The notes beneath the pieces were generated by a model. It did no database searches. It saw only the letters and a list, made by a program, of their open reading frames with translations, and was not told where the DNA came from. Below are positions 42,819 through 56,420 of a DNA stretch of 64,000 nt, one piece after another. Each line of letters starts with the position of its first letter. Position 1 is the stretch's first letter. Where the stretch lies: assembly GCA_964016885.1 (NCBI GenBank), contig OZ024741.1:292826001-292890000 (forward strand). Direction: 5' to 3'. Position numbers and translations under genes: made by a program. The DNA is from Eledone cirrhosa. Its lineage: Eukaryota.

Positions 42819-43163
42819 ATCATCATCATCATCATCATCATTTTACGTCCGCTTTTCCCTGCTTGCAAGGGTAGGACGGGAACTGATTCTGGTTTGATTT
42901 CTACAGCTGGATGCCCTTCCTAACACCAACCTCATTTACAGTGAGTGCTGGGTGCTTTTTTGCCGTGGCACCTCCATGACCACTTTGCAGTGGAATGATA
43001 AGGACCCCAGTCCCTATCATCTCATTTCTACAGCTGAGTAAACTGGAGCAATGTGAAATAAAGTGTCTTGCTCAAGGAAACAACACATCACCCGGTCTGA
43101 GAATTGAACTCACAACCTTTCGATTGCAAGGTCAATGCTCTAACCACTAAGCCATGTGCCACC
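42819..43163 (-). mobile_element. Full-length composite SINE: tRNA head + CORE-like body + GGAAGGGCATCCAG domain + RTE 3' tail
   Basis: The minus strand reads TGGCTTAGTGG..GAGTTCAATTCTC, CCTTGAGCAAGACACTT and GGTTGGTGTTAGGAAGGGCATCCAG. Its tail GCAGGGAAAAGCGGACGTAAA(ATG)n matches RTE family 1. Confidence 0.88.
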
Positions 43164-43847
43164 AATCTGTATGTATATATGAATGTATGTGAGTTTATGT
43201 GTGTAACTATGTATGTGTGTATGTGTTTGTTTAATTTCTTCTCATATTTATATATATCTATGCATGCACCTCTACTCAACTGGTCTATGTCTATCATTGT
43301 TAGTGTTAGTGTGTTTATGTTTTTATGTGTGTGTTAGTGTATTCACTTGCATATCAACTTTATATAAATTTCTAACTTTATTACAATTTCTTTAACCTTC
43401 CACCTCCTACTTGCTTCTCTCTTCGTATTGACATTTCTCCCACCAAACTCTTCATAACTACCATGACCAAATAAAGCTCACAGATCCATCAATTCTTGGT
43501 ATCCCTATCTTTTCTGTTTACCCTGGTTCCAACCAGTCTCTCTCATTGTTTAGACAATTGCCATTGCTTTTCTCTATTTGAATTTAACTTATTCTACAAT
43601 ATATTTCTATTGATTTTTGCTTTAAGTAGGAACAACTTTTGGTAAGCTCTAGCTCACTACAGAATTTGATGGTCAAATATCTTTGATTTGATTGCTTCTT
43701 GCACAAATACACGTGTGTGTGTGTGTGTGGGGGGGCATTTATGGTGAGAAAAGCAAAAAGAAAAAGAGTTCTCAATATATGTAGTAATGATCATTTTTTG
43801 CATTATGTATGTGTTTGACTTAAATTGTGTATGTCTGTGTGTCCATG

Positions 43848-43884
<37 letters not shown>

Positions 43885-44102
43885 AAGAGAAACCAAGGTT
43901 AACAATTTAAATCCATTCTTTAATTTCTGCATACGTTTCTATACATGTGATAATTGTACATACATATGTAAACAATAAGTTAATCAGAAACAGTTAATTA
44001 GCAATTATTTACACAAAACATAATACATATAACATCAGCTTATCATCAGGAATTATAAAAAGTGTTAAAGTTTAATCAAATACTAATTATAAGAACAGAA
44101 AC

Positions 44103-44306
44103 AAATTGAGAGTTAAAAGCATCATCGTTGTTTGACTATGAAACAGTCTAAGTTTGGCTATAAACCCTGGAGATAGAACAAATTTTGTACAGCACATCCC
44201 ATTGGCGATGCTGTACAAATATTCTTCCATCCCCAGGGTTTATATGACCAACTTATTAGTCTATTTTTCATAGTCAAATAACGCTGATGCTTCTAACTTT
44301 CAAATT
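44103..44306. repeat. ~200 bp imperfect fold-back (MITE-like)
   Basis: Arms 44103-44193 / 44209-44306, e.g. TTTGACTATGAAA / TTTCATAGTCAAA and TATAAACCCTGG / CCAGGGTTTATA. Confidence 0.8.
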
Positions 44307-44419
44307 AAACACTCTTAGATGCTCAACAGTTCTAAAAATAGATTGTTTACACATGTCTACACACATACACTTTGTGTAAAGGGCTTTCTGAATAATTGTT
44401 GTTGATGTAATTAAACACG

Positions 44420-45000
44420 TTTTCTACATCACACCCATTCCTAGTTTAAGGATCTAGCTTTTTCAAGTTTTACTTTCCAATTCTTAGTCTCAATTCCCAA
44501 AGCACCAATGACAATGAGCAGGATTATGTCCTTGTTAACTTCTATTATTACAGTACCTGAGGATATTGTATTTCAAGTCAATACAATGTTCTACTTCTTC
44601 CATTTTCCACTTTTAACCATGATACCAAATGGGTATGCTACATCAATTACCAGTTACACTTTCGTTTTCTTATGAATGACCACAGTATCTAATTTGGTGA
44701 GCTGTAGTTTTTTTAGGTTTGTATTGAAAACTCCCATAGCAGTGTCATAAATAGTTTCTTTGCAGGCATAATTTCCAGCAAATTACTGCAATTTTATCAT
44801 GTGTACACATTTTGTATACATCTGGAGCTAACTGTGAGCATTCTATTACAATATGAGCTAGAGTATCATTGATTGTGTTCACATTCTACATTTAGGTGAA
44901 CTGCTCTACCTATATATAAATTTGCTGTTTCAATTTACCCTTAAAACTGAATCCCTTAGTTTCTTTCTTCAATACACCTTTCTTTAATCAAAGCTGCCTG
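44420..45000 (-). pseudogene. Fossil LINE with CCHC knuckle and restriction-like endonuclease (R4/NeSL-like)
   Basis: CRMCEH..TLAHIVIECSQLA..Y..HDKIA, LLWEFSIQT, DTVVIHKK..VIDVAYP and IVIGALG. Confidence 0.75.
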
Positions 45001-45497
45001 TCCTTGTCACCGCTTATTTCATCTGTCTCTTTGTAAAAATACTGAATAAAGTTTTTTTCCCTTTGAAGTGTAACATTTTTTCCCCCAATTTTCCATTTTG
45101 TTGTTTGTGGTATATAATCTCTGTATATATCCCTGTTTGGGGACAGAAACTTCTTCTCCAGCCACTCCTTCACTAAGTTCTTCAAATATTACTTTAAGAT
45201 GGAGGTGAAGGTAGAGAGAAAGATATTCTTTTCATGTGTATTTCGTGAATCTTTGGTGAGAGCAGTGAGATTGACCAGACTGAATCAGTTTACTCTATGT
45301 CTTCCTAAGCAGGAGGAAAGAAACTAGCAATTGGCACTTCCTGTGCTTTTTAATGTGAAAGAGTAACCTTGGGTTTTTGTAGGTGGGATGTTCTATGGAT
45401 CTAACTTAGAGGGTTATCCCTTTCGATTGCGGAACGTTTTTTGTTGACTATTATTTTTTGCAGTGTTATTACAATTTAGTATCATTATTTACTATTT

Positions 45498-45700
45498 AGG
45501 GCGGTGGATTGGCAGTATTGGTAGAGGGTTGGACGCCAAGCTTTGATGCATGGAGTTACGGCCCTTGCTATTCTGAGTTCAAATCCCGCCGAGGTTAACT
45601 TTGCCTTTCATCCTTACGGGGTCGATAAAATAAAGTACAAGTAATGCACTGAGGTCAATTTAATTAACTTTCCCTGCCCCAAAGTTCCTAAATAAGAAAC
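45498..45700 (+). mobile_element. SINE family A (variant tail)
   Basis: Head and central motif as at 4218. Confidence 0.85.
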
Positions 45701-46284
45701 CACTATCCTCATTGCTTTGTTGATACCTCCTTCCCTTCGCTCAATGAAAACGCCATTTTGTATTGTTATGCATCTGTGCATTATCTCTAATGTTGTGCAC
45801 TCATGTGGCTAATAAAAGAAATTCCAAATATAATTATTACTGCTTTTATTTTATCCTTGTTAAATGTGTGTTGTATAATCTAACATTGATTCATATTGTA
45901 TAATAATATTCACTTAAATTTCATTATATATACATACATATGTGTGTGTGTGTATGTGTATTAAACTCATGCAATCATGGAAAGGTGGACATAAAAACGA
46001 TGATGATGATGTATATATATAGACACACTATTGTATAAAATACATGGCAACCTGGTGTATACCTTCCGAGGTACTCTGAGTTTACCAGAGTAAGTTGGTC
46101 TTACTTTGATTTACTGCTGCTGCTATTACTAGTGCTGCTGTTACAGCTACAACTAGTGCTACTATTATTACTACTATTATAATGACATTTTAATACACAT
46201 GTATATATATATACAACCTATAACTTGGTTGACTGAGACTCGATTCCATCTCTACATATTTATTCTTTTTATTGTACCTATAAA

Positions 46285-46478
46285 GGGCAGTGGATTGGCA
46301 GTATTGGTAGAGGGTCGGACGCCATGATTTATAGCAAAGAGTTACGGCCCTTTATGGTCTGAGTTCTAATCCCGCCGAGGTTAACTTTGCCTTTCATCCT
46401 TACGGGGTCGATAAAATAAAGTACCAGTAATGCACTGTGTAATTGCTGGCCTTGTGCCAAAAGTAGAAACAATTATTA
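46285..46478 (+). mobile_element. SINE family A, full length
   Basis: 10-bp TSD TACCTATAAA (46275-46284 / 46479-46488). Confidence 0.9.
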
Positions 46479-46615
46479 TACCTATAAATCTACAAACCAA
46501 CACTATCATTTATATGTGTGTCTGTGACAGTGTGTGACAGCTCACATCTATGCAGGTTTAGCGGGCCTCCTCCAAGATATATATCGTTGGAGGTGTCTTG
46601 GGTGATTTAATGATA

Positions 46616-46775
46616 GGGACCCCAGTCCTATCATTTCAGTTCTACAGCTAAGTAAACTGGAGCAACGTGAAATAAAGTGTATTGCTCAAAGAAACAACAC
46701 ATCACCCGGTCCGAGAATTGAACTCACAACCTTTCGATTGCAAGCCCAATGTTCTAACCTCTAAGCAATGTGTGT
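46616..46775 (-). mobile_element. tRNA/CORE-type SINE 5' part
   Basis: Matches ~43002-43160. Confidence 0.82.
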
Positions 46776-46839
46776 CATTTATATACCAGCCAGTCTTTTC
46801 TCTCTCTCGGGGCGGGGGGGGGGGTATGTATATACATAG

Positions 46840-47048
46840 GAAAATGTAATTTGAGTTTTTAAGAAAATATATTAATAATTTTACCAGTTTCACGTTTGAA
46901 TGATTTTCAAAAGTTAAGATGATGAAGTGGTGGCTATGTGTCTCACAAGACACATCTTTCCATCTCCTTCACTTTTGAAAATCATTCAAACGAGTAACTG
47001 GTGAAGTTATTATTAATAGATTTTCTTAAAGACTTAAATTGCATTTTC
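46840..47048. repeat. ~210 bp imperfect fold-back
   Basis: CGTTTGAATGATTTTCAAAAGT / ACTTTTGAAAATCATTCAAACG, with centre ATGTGTCT-caca-AGACACAT. Confidence 0.82.
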
Positions 47049-47429
47049 AGTTTCTTTCTCTTAAATTTTTACACTTATGGGTTATAATAAAAACCTTAAT
47101 TTCTTTTATATATATAATTTTCCTCCTCACCACCATCATCGTTTAACGTCCATTTTCCATGCTTGAATTTGTAAACATTTCAAGACCTCATTGATATTGG
47201 AGTAAAACTCCATAGTTACTTCATAGATTATATAAGTTATGAAATTAGCCATGATTTTGAGCTGTATTGTGAGTGAAATACATGACAATGTGAGTAAACA
47301 TTTGTTCAACGATCATTTCACTCACAAATCAATTTTTGTTGTGGATTTATATGTGTTTCAAATACGTATATGTGTATGGATGCATGTATGTGTGTGTATA
47401 TATATATATTTTTTTTTTATATAGAAATG

Positions 47430-47525
47430 GCTTCTACAGGATTAGAACTGTTTCATTTGGAAGAAATTATCAGGAAAGTACCTTACTTTCTGTGGTTACT
47501 CCCGATTGAACCCGGGATAAACATA
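47430..47525. mobile_element. Insert of the 40010 family: inverted hammerhead (core CTGATAA) + forward tail
   Basis: The minus strand reads ttc-CTGATAA..GAAA-cag..ctg-TA-gaa, and the tail matches 40151-40195. Confidence 0.75.
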
Positions 47526-47526
47526 A

Positions 47527-47569
<43 letters not shown>

Positions 47570-47926
47570 GAGAGAGAGAGATGCAGCATGACAGAACAGT
47601 ATGTGTGAAATATACTAAACACAAGCCCAAATTAAAATCCAATTTTGAAAAGCTACTCACATCGAAACTGGTTAGCATGAAAACTGAGATAATCATGATT
47701 ATCTCTGAAACCCTATCTATATTTTTAAAAAATATATAATTTAACGCGTATGAACTAAATTCGTTTGGTTGTTTTATTGTAAGCTTGCATGTCTATATAA
47801 AAACAATCATTTGTTGCATCTTCAAATCTTCAGAATTTTTTTCCATATATAATTTGTACAGTATTCCTTAATCTTCTAATCTTTTGATTAGTTTTTTTTT
47901 TATTATATATATATATATATATATAT

Positions 47927-48223
47927 ATAGTGAAAGAATGAAGAGTAACATGGTTGGCTGTACAAGCGATTAGCGACCTCTAGACTCACCTGATCAATGA
48001 AACAATTGTCAATACCTGAAAGCCCCTTGTTGTACAGCCAACCATGTTACTCTTCATTCTTTCACTATTATTACTCCAAGTATAACCTACATAGGAATTA
48101 CCGTGAACTCGCTGCCTAAATATGGATACATCTTGTTGAGTTAAACAAAACCGTATGTTAAAACTATCCACGATGCGGAGTACTCACAACCTCTAATTGG
48201 ATTACCTATAACGATAACTTGTA

Positions 48224-48228
<5 letters not shown>
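47927..48228 (+). mobile_element. Fold-back pLTR-like insert in (TA)n
   Basis: Perfect 39-bp arms 47927-47965 / 48030-48068 enclose GAAA-caattg-TC. Homologous to 52258-52520(-). Confidence 0.78.
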
Positions 48229-48258
<30 letters not shown>

Positions 48259-48519
48259 ATAATTTGGTAAAGATATCTGAGATGCAGAGCAATTAGTCCA
48301 GGGGAGTTGAAACACTGCTTGTTGAATAAGTTGAGTTCATTCAATGAATTATGTTATGTCTTCATTTGTAGTATCTAACTTGATAATATATATATAAGAA
48401 ATATCTCCAAAATGGTTGATTGAATATGCACATGTGTTTTTTCTCTCGTCTTTTCTTATTTCTTCTCTTCCTTCTTTTTCTCATTCTTCATCTGTCTATT
48501 TTATCTTTTATTTATAATT

Positions 48520-48645
48520 CTATTTTCTAATGAAAGACTAGTGTCTGAAACGTTAAGGCTCTTTTCCTGTTATTTCGAGTGTTAAACTAATATATTTCTT
48601 CAACTTGCTATGTTATTTGCTTTGTTATTTCTGTTAACTTATTGA
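48520..48645 (+). mobile_element. pLTR-like insert, 34190 family
   Basis: CTAATGA-a-agac(tagt)gtct-GAAA-cg-TT plus the shared tail. Confidence 0.6.
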
Positions 48646-48682
<37 letters not shown>

Positions 48683-49214
48683 CTTATGAAATGTTACATA
48701 ATCTCAAGGTTTTTATTACACAAGATTGAAGTTTTACAGAAACTGTCTCCATACACCCTGATTACACCTGTGTACATCTATGTAAAGCTTATACTTTTCT
48801 CTATTTCATACACATTTTTATTAATAGAGAAAAAAAATCGCTCTGAAATAACCACTCCCATCCCCTCACTGCCACCACACACATACTTTGTAATATTGGT
48901 AGAGAATAATAACTCCACCCCCACCCTAAAAAAATAATAAATGAGATAAAAATGAGTGAAGTAGAACTATTTATTTTTATGAGGTAAGGGGATTAAGATA
49001 TTTTTACTATGTAATATTATTTCTAATAAGAGATCTGTGTTCAAATCTTTCTTTATCTGGAGTTTTTGTTTTTGTTGTTGTTGTTTTGCTTTATATTGTT
49101 ATATTCTATTTATTCTATTTTCTTTTTTGGTTTATTCATTTTCTTTCTTACAAGTGAAATATTTCCTACCTGAAGCTCTAAGAGGATAAATATATTCTTG
49201 GAATGATATATATT

Positions 49215-49283
<69 letters not shown>

Positions 49284-49437
49284 ATGCATGTATGTCTCTC
49301 TCTGTATACACACACACATATATATATATATATGTATATACATATACATATATATCTATAAATATATACATATATATACATATACATATATATCTATACA
49401 TATACATATATACATATAAATACATATATATATATAC

Positions 49438-49529
<92 letters not shown>

Positions 49530-49540
49530 GTATAAGTATG

Positions 49541-49575
<35 letters not shown>

Positions 49576-50416
49576 GCATGTATATGTATGTGTATATGTA
49601 TACTTATATACACACACATACATTCAGACATACCTCAATGATATCCCTCTCAAATATCCTCAACTCTGTTTTCTATTTTTTCATTTAAAAAAAGAAAAGC
49701 AAAAGAAAACATAACTGACTCGGTTTTTACGTCCTTCCTCTATACTTTCGAAATCTTTGCTTCACGGAAACTAAACATCTTGGAAAGAGGCAAACTGATC
49801 CGAGACTAAACCACTAGCATGGTTGTCTATTTACGGAAGCAAGTAGTTAGATTTGTTCTACTTCTCAGCATGCCGTTTCATGGATTGATTGACTGACTGT
49901 GTTTCATGATACCAAAACATGAACGAAAAATGCATCACTTGCTACTCTTTATTCTTCCTTTCTATCTTTATCTATTTATTTATTTTCTGTAGAGTGTAGG
50001 AGTTGCTGCTTGTTGTTATTGCTGTTGTTTGTTTGTTTGCTTTTGGCATGTCTTGGGTAATAATAACGATTTCTTTACATCTATACAAGACGATACATAC
50101 ATAGCAAAAGGAGGGTATACAGTTGATTGAATGTTCTATACTATGTAACTCGTATATATTTATTTGCCTTCGGTGAAATGAAAAGCAAAATCAAGTCAAT
50201 CCCAGCAGCCTTTTAAACTGTGAACATACAGAGGGGGCCATAATTAGCTTACTAGCTTACTGTTAAGGAATCTGAATAAAAAAAAGAAACTCAGTGATAT
50301 CAAACGTATCCCAAATTTAATGCATAAGCAATTCAGGTAAGTTTCTATAATTACATTATATGTTTGAAATTCTACCCAATGCATGCATGCCATTGTTTCC
50401 TACATATATCATATAT

Positions 50417-50479
<63 letters not shown>

Positions 50480-50797
50480 TATATGTATGTATATAAAACA
50501 TTATATATATATATATAAAACATATATAAATCAATCTTATTATAAACATATATATCATATAAACACAAATATCAAAGCGAAGAAGAAATGCATTAACTTA
50601 ACGCTTGATATAGCGGGAAAAGTATTTAACGTTTTGGATAGTAGTCTTTCATAAGAAAATAGAATGAGAAATAAAAGATGAAATAGATAGTGAGAAAAGG
50701 AATATATTTTTTGAGAAAAAACATGCATATTCAGCCTCCTGTTTTGGGAAGGAGAAAAAATGTATATGTCTGTGTGTGTGTATATATATATATATAT

Positions 50798-51030
50798 ATT
50801 ATAAATGTAAGCTATCACCGTATTTTGACTAAAGAAATTAAAGAAAATTATTTACCCTGATATTGGGGTTAAGAACCCTCGGAGAAATGGAAAAAGATAA
50901 GTATTGACGTCCCATGTACGTCAATACTCATCTTTTTCCATTTCTCAGAGGGTTCTTAACCCCACTATCAGGCTAAATAATTTTCTTTAATTTCTTTAGT
51001 CAAAATACGGCGATAGCTTACATTTATAAT
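50798..51030. repeat. Young fold-back: 113-bp arms with a 7-nt spacer, in AT microsatellite
   Basis: 50798-50910 versus 50918-51030, about 5 mismatches by eye. Confidence 0.93.
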
Positions 51031-51067
51031 TTCAAACTCGTTCGCTGTTTCAAAAATATTCTTACTT

Positions 51068-51158
<91 letters not shown>

Positions 51159-51600
51159 ATATATATATATATATAAACAAATAGTAGAGAGGGAAAATAT
51201 TTTTTTCAGTAGAAAATGCTGAAGAGATTCTTTCAGTATAATATCAAAACATTTATTTATAAAGTAGACATTTCCACATTTAAGAATGGTACCGGTTTCA
51301 GCATTATATGCTTTTTCAACTGCAGATATGCATATTTATACGAATAATAAAAAGGGGAAGAAACATTATTAGTTTTTACATACATATTTAGAGAGGAGAG
51401 TTCATATCTCTGTCTGTATATACATATACATATATATACATACATACATATATATATATATAGTAATAATAATAAATTTGAAGATTAAAATCCAAAGAGG
51501 GCTCCATAAGGATAAACTTTAATGTTATTTTAATAAATATATATATATACATACAAAAATACATAGATATACATACATATACATATACATGTATATATAT

Positions 51601-51643
<43 letters not shown>

Positions 51644-51732
51644 TGTATATATATATACATGTATATATACATATATATATACATGTATATATACATATAC
51701 ATGTATATATACATATATATATATATGTATAT

Positions 51733-51763
<31 letters not shown>

Positions 51764-51783
51764 TGCATATATATATATATAGT

Positions 51784-51835
<52 letters not shown>

Positions 51836-51934
51836 CATATATATATACATATATACATATATATATACATATATACATACATATATATATACATGTATAT
51901 ATACATATACATGTATATATACATATATATATAC

Positions 51935-51965
<31 letters not shown>

Positions 51966-51968
51966 TAC

Positions 51969-51999
<31 letters not shown>

Positions 52000-52001
52000 G
52001 T

Positions 52002-52035
<34 letters not shown>

Positions 52036-52040
52036 CATAC

Positions 52041-52071
<31 letters not shown>

Positions 52072-52206
52072 CATATCCATATATATATATATACATATAT
52101 ATATACAGTAATATAGTAATAATAATATTTATACTTATATATGTTTAATATACAATTATAAATTTTGTATATACATATATATATATATATATACATACAT
52201 ATATAT

Positions 52207-52244
<38 letters not shown>

Positions 52245-52257
52245 GAGGGATAACAAA

Positions 52258-52600
52258 ATATCGTTATAGGTAATCCAGTTAGAGGTTGTGAATACTTCGT
52301 ATTGTGGATAATTTTAGCGTACAACGTTCTTTGACTCAATAAGAGGTTCCGTAGGTGGCGAGTTTATGAGTTCTCTAGTATTCCTATGTAAGTTTGCCTT
52401 GGAGCAATAATATTGAAAGAGTGAAGAATAACATGGTCAACAGTACAAAAAAAAAGGGTTTTATTTACAGTATTAAAAATTGTTTCACTGATTAAGTTGT
52501 CTAAAACTTGCTGAACACTTGAAGCTGTGCCACTCAATTTGAAAATACGTTGTTAGCTTAACCAGATCATCAGAGGACTGTTAAAAATATGCTCAATGTC
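52258..52600 (-). mobile_element. pLTR-like fragment with a long-stem-II hammerhead (52483-52573)
   Basis: CTGATGA-t-ctggttaag..cttaatcag-t-GAAA-caatt; homologous to 47970-48225. Confidence 0.65.
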
Positions 52601-52620
52601 TACGAATTCAAATAAAAACA

Positions 52621-53233
52621 TCTTTCTATATATAAAAGCGAGGATGTGTGTATGTCACTTTGCATACTTAAGGGTTTTACAATTACCAACTGAATTTGAC
52701 CAAATGTTCTGTGCACGTTGCACAGGTCGCTAAGATTGTCACATCACAAACATTTTTTCAAATAGACCCACGTTGAGCAATGAAAAATCGATATCAAAAT
52801 TATCGGTAGCAAAATTGATGTAAGGGAGATAACCAACTTTATTGACAATCCTTATAAAAAAGGGAGATAACCAACTTTTCAGAAATATAAACATCACATT
52901 CATTTGAAGATAAATCACTAATATTATCGTTTGTATACAACTCTGCTTTCATTACAACTTTTTGTACTTTAGCAAAACTGCCTGTTTTTTTTACAGATTT
53001 GCAACGTGTATTGTCTTTAATCCTTTGTATAACTACATCCTGTTCAGTGTTTTCCTTCATTATCAGCATAGTTTTATGTGTACAAAGATTGCACTAAATA
53101 TTCGTTTGCATTAATTATTGAAGACTTCTGCTTATTTTGACAGGTTGGGGACAAATAATGTTCTTCTTTACTTCCTAGCTGTATATTCTTAGCATAATTT
53201 CAAACCCCGAGCAATGCCGGGTAAATCTGCTAG
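52621..53233 (+). mobile_element. Non-autonomous Helitron
   Basis: 5' TC(TTTCTATATATAAAA), subterminal hairpin CCCG-agcaatgc-CGGG, 3' CTAG, inserted between host A and T with no TSD. Confidence 0.85.
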
Positions 53234-55069
53234 TCATTAATAGAGAAAAAGAGAGAAAAAAGATATAGAGAAATATATATATATATATGCATAAATAGAG
53301 GAAATCATGATTAGCTTACTGTTAAGAAGTTTGAATAAAAACAGAATCCATTGTGATTTCAAATATTATTTCGATAGTAATACATAGGTAATCCATGTAA
53401 TTATTTATGTAACTTATTTTGGAGCTACATTAAATATTCAAAATGCTGCCCATATGCAAGCATACCATTATTATGGTGCTTTGTATTCAGTAAGCTAATT
53501 ATGACTCACTCTCTAGAGAAACTAAGAAGAGAGACATGCCATGTGGTCAAGAGATCTAAAAGAAAAATTGTTGCCAAATCTTCAAGTTCTTTGTATCATA
53601 GAATCAATTGTAGTTTCAGGTGGTTTGACATCAAAAAGGTTAGATTGTGTGATATCTCTTTAGTGCAGATTTGATCTGATATTATTGAGCTTCAGACATA
53701 ATCATGAAGAACTGTATGAATGGACATATGCAGCAATGTTTTGAAAAATAATTTTTCTCAAACATAGAATACAAAACTCTTCCTTGAATAGAACACCATT
53801 GAATTAAAATTTTAATCCTCAGCTATTCTTCATACTTATTGTTCAGCTGAGTGGACTAAAAGAATATGAAATGAAGTCACTTGCTCAAGGACACAATGTG
53901 CCATCCTGTAAGAAAATTAAACCTAAGAGCTTATGATACTTAGTGAAAATCTTTCACAATGCTGCAAAATAAACTTATCTAACACATGCCAGCATATGGA
54001 ATTGAACATTACAACAGTAGCAATGGTGGTGGTGGCAGCAACAGAAGTGATATTGGTGGTGGTGGCAGCAATAACAGTGATGGTGATGGTGGTAGTACAA
54101 CAATAGCAGTGATTGTAATGATAGATAGTACCGCCTCTTAGATTATTGTCTTGCTCACACATATATATTACATAGCAATATACAAGATATATGCAGAGAG
54201 AAGATTTATTGAACAACATTAAATTTGTTGTAAACACATGCATTTCATTTATCTTATTTATATCTGACATGGAGGTTCTCTTGGTGGGAAGCTTGATATA
54301 AATTTCAGGTTAGATGTTAGTGGTGTTGCTGCAGTGGGAGGGTTCATATAAAAGAACTTTTATAAAACACAATAAATTTTTTTCAGTGAAATATAAGACA
54401 AATAATCTCATCTATATTCATACTATTTACACTTTTAAAACACTAAATATTAAATATTAAAATATTTACCAATTCATTTTATTGCTTTCTGGAAAATTCT
54501 TATTTTCTTTAATGTCTAATTTCCTAGTCTTGCATGCATTTGACTGATACATTTGATTGAGAAAACAAAAACCAAAATTTCAATAATGGTGTTAGTGATA
54601 GCAGTGTATGGTAGGTAACCTGTCACCACTGTTTCTCAATCAGTCAGGAGCAACATTCCCTCAAAGCTATGCAGTTTCACAGTCAAAGTATTGCTGCAAA
54701 TAAAAATGTTGCTGCTTATTAACTTTGAAATCTTGTAATGTAGTACGTTTTTGAATCTAAAATATTTCGACTCAAAGCATCAAATGTCGGTTGGGAAATA
54801 TTAAGTGTGTTGATCAGAGAAAGAGGGGTTGTACCCATGATCTTTTTCAAAAACTAACAAGATTGATGGCAGTGAGTGGGGAAGGCATCCTCAAATTGGA
54901 TAACTGACCTAAATACTCTGCTAAAAGTACACAAGATAGTCAGGAGACAATACTCTTTACCCACTTCTGGTGTTTCCACAACTTGTGAGGGAGGAAGAAA
55001 ACTAACCTCAAATTGGAGAGCCAAGCCAAATACCTGCAACAGTGTGGACACTGCTAAAGTTACACATGG

Positions 55070-55560
55070 GTCAGGTGGTTTTTTTAAAACCAGTCAAGGG
55101 ATTAATTCTACCATCAACGTAAGCCAAGATGGAACTGGAACTCAGAACATAAAGAGCTGAAACAAATCCCACAAGAAACCCTATCCAATACTCTATTGAC
55201 TCCAGCAGTATGCTGCTCTAAACTGGGAATTTATTTATCAAACCGAGGATGGATGAAAGACAAAGTTGACCATGGAGAGTTTTGAACACAGAACACCAGG
55301 AGTTAAAAGAAATATTGGTTTCTAATCTAGGCACAAGCCCACCAAATTTAGAGGAAGGGGAGAGTCGATTGAAGCTACCCAAATACTTGACGTATACTTT
55401 ATTTTATCACCTCCCCAGAATGATAAAAGGCAAAGTTGATCTTGGCAGGATTTGAACTCAGAATGTAAAGCCAGAAGATATCCTGTAATGGCCTGTTATC
55501 CAATGCTCTCCAAATTCTACCAATTTACAACCTTTGAATAAATATTGCAAACAATTTTGT
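55070..55560 (-). mobile_element. Cluster of old SINE family A-related fragments
   Basis: Repeated GATGAAAG(G/A)CAAAGTTGA..TTTGAAC(T/A)CAGAA motifs. Confidence 0.65.
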
Positions 55561-56099
55561 ACAGTGAGCTAACAATTTTGCCATTTGCTTTTGTAGTACT
55601 TTATGGTTTCTTTTTAGCATGTCTGATATCATAATTATATAAACATTGTTTTATTAAAATTTCCTAGCCTTAGCCTAATCTTTAGGTCTGTTTAACAAAT
55701 ACCATATGTAGTACAGAGTATTACATATGGTAATTGTTAAATTATTGTTTTAATGGTGAGGCTGAATTTATGTTGAACAACTCATAAGCCCTCTACAAGT
55801 AAAAGATTGATTCTGTCTGGATTAAAGATTTAAACTGTGATTAAAATTTCCCATGTGGTTAATCACATGATTGTGAGATTTAAAAAAAATGTAATTATGA
55901 ACAAATGAATTTAAAGTGCCGATCATATATCTATATATGTGTGTGTGTGTGTATATCATCATTATCACTGTTTAGCGTCCATTTTTCCATGCTTGCATGG
56001 GTTAGATGGATATATTTATATATATATTCTGCTGCCAGGAGTTCCAACTGCTAGACAGTATCAGCAATGGAAAGATCAATGAAAATATTGTTTTCATGG

Positions 56100-56420
56100 T
56101 CCGATTTGACAAACTCCACCCATTCTGTAAAGCGAATGAGCCACTGTATGGGAACCTTTTTCCAGTATCAGACATCATCAAAGAGATTATAGTTATATTT
56201 GCAGCGCATGGCCAGTGAGCTAAATACAAAATTGCTTGTGAAGTTCTTTTGTGGGAGCCTACTCAAGGAAGACCTAGCAGAAGACGACAAGCCAAGACCT
56301 ATATCAAGCAGATTTGTGATAACATAGAGTGAAATCCTTCTGACCTGCTGAATAGGATGAACAATAGAATTGGATGGCAACAGAGTCAAGGGAATCTGTG
56401 CAAGCAGTGCAACCTAGCAG
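56100..56420 (+). pseudogene. Old LINE C-terminus of a third RTE-like family
   Basis: NEPLYGNLFPVSDII..FAAHGQ*..VLLWEPTQGRPSRRRQAKTYIKQI..MNNRIGW. Confidence 0.68.

Noticed and set aside
50245-53470. Similar ~160-bp segments at 50245 and 53309 as conserved elements
   Set aside because: The similarity is real but diverged, and most simply an old repeat; no function can be supported.
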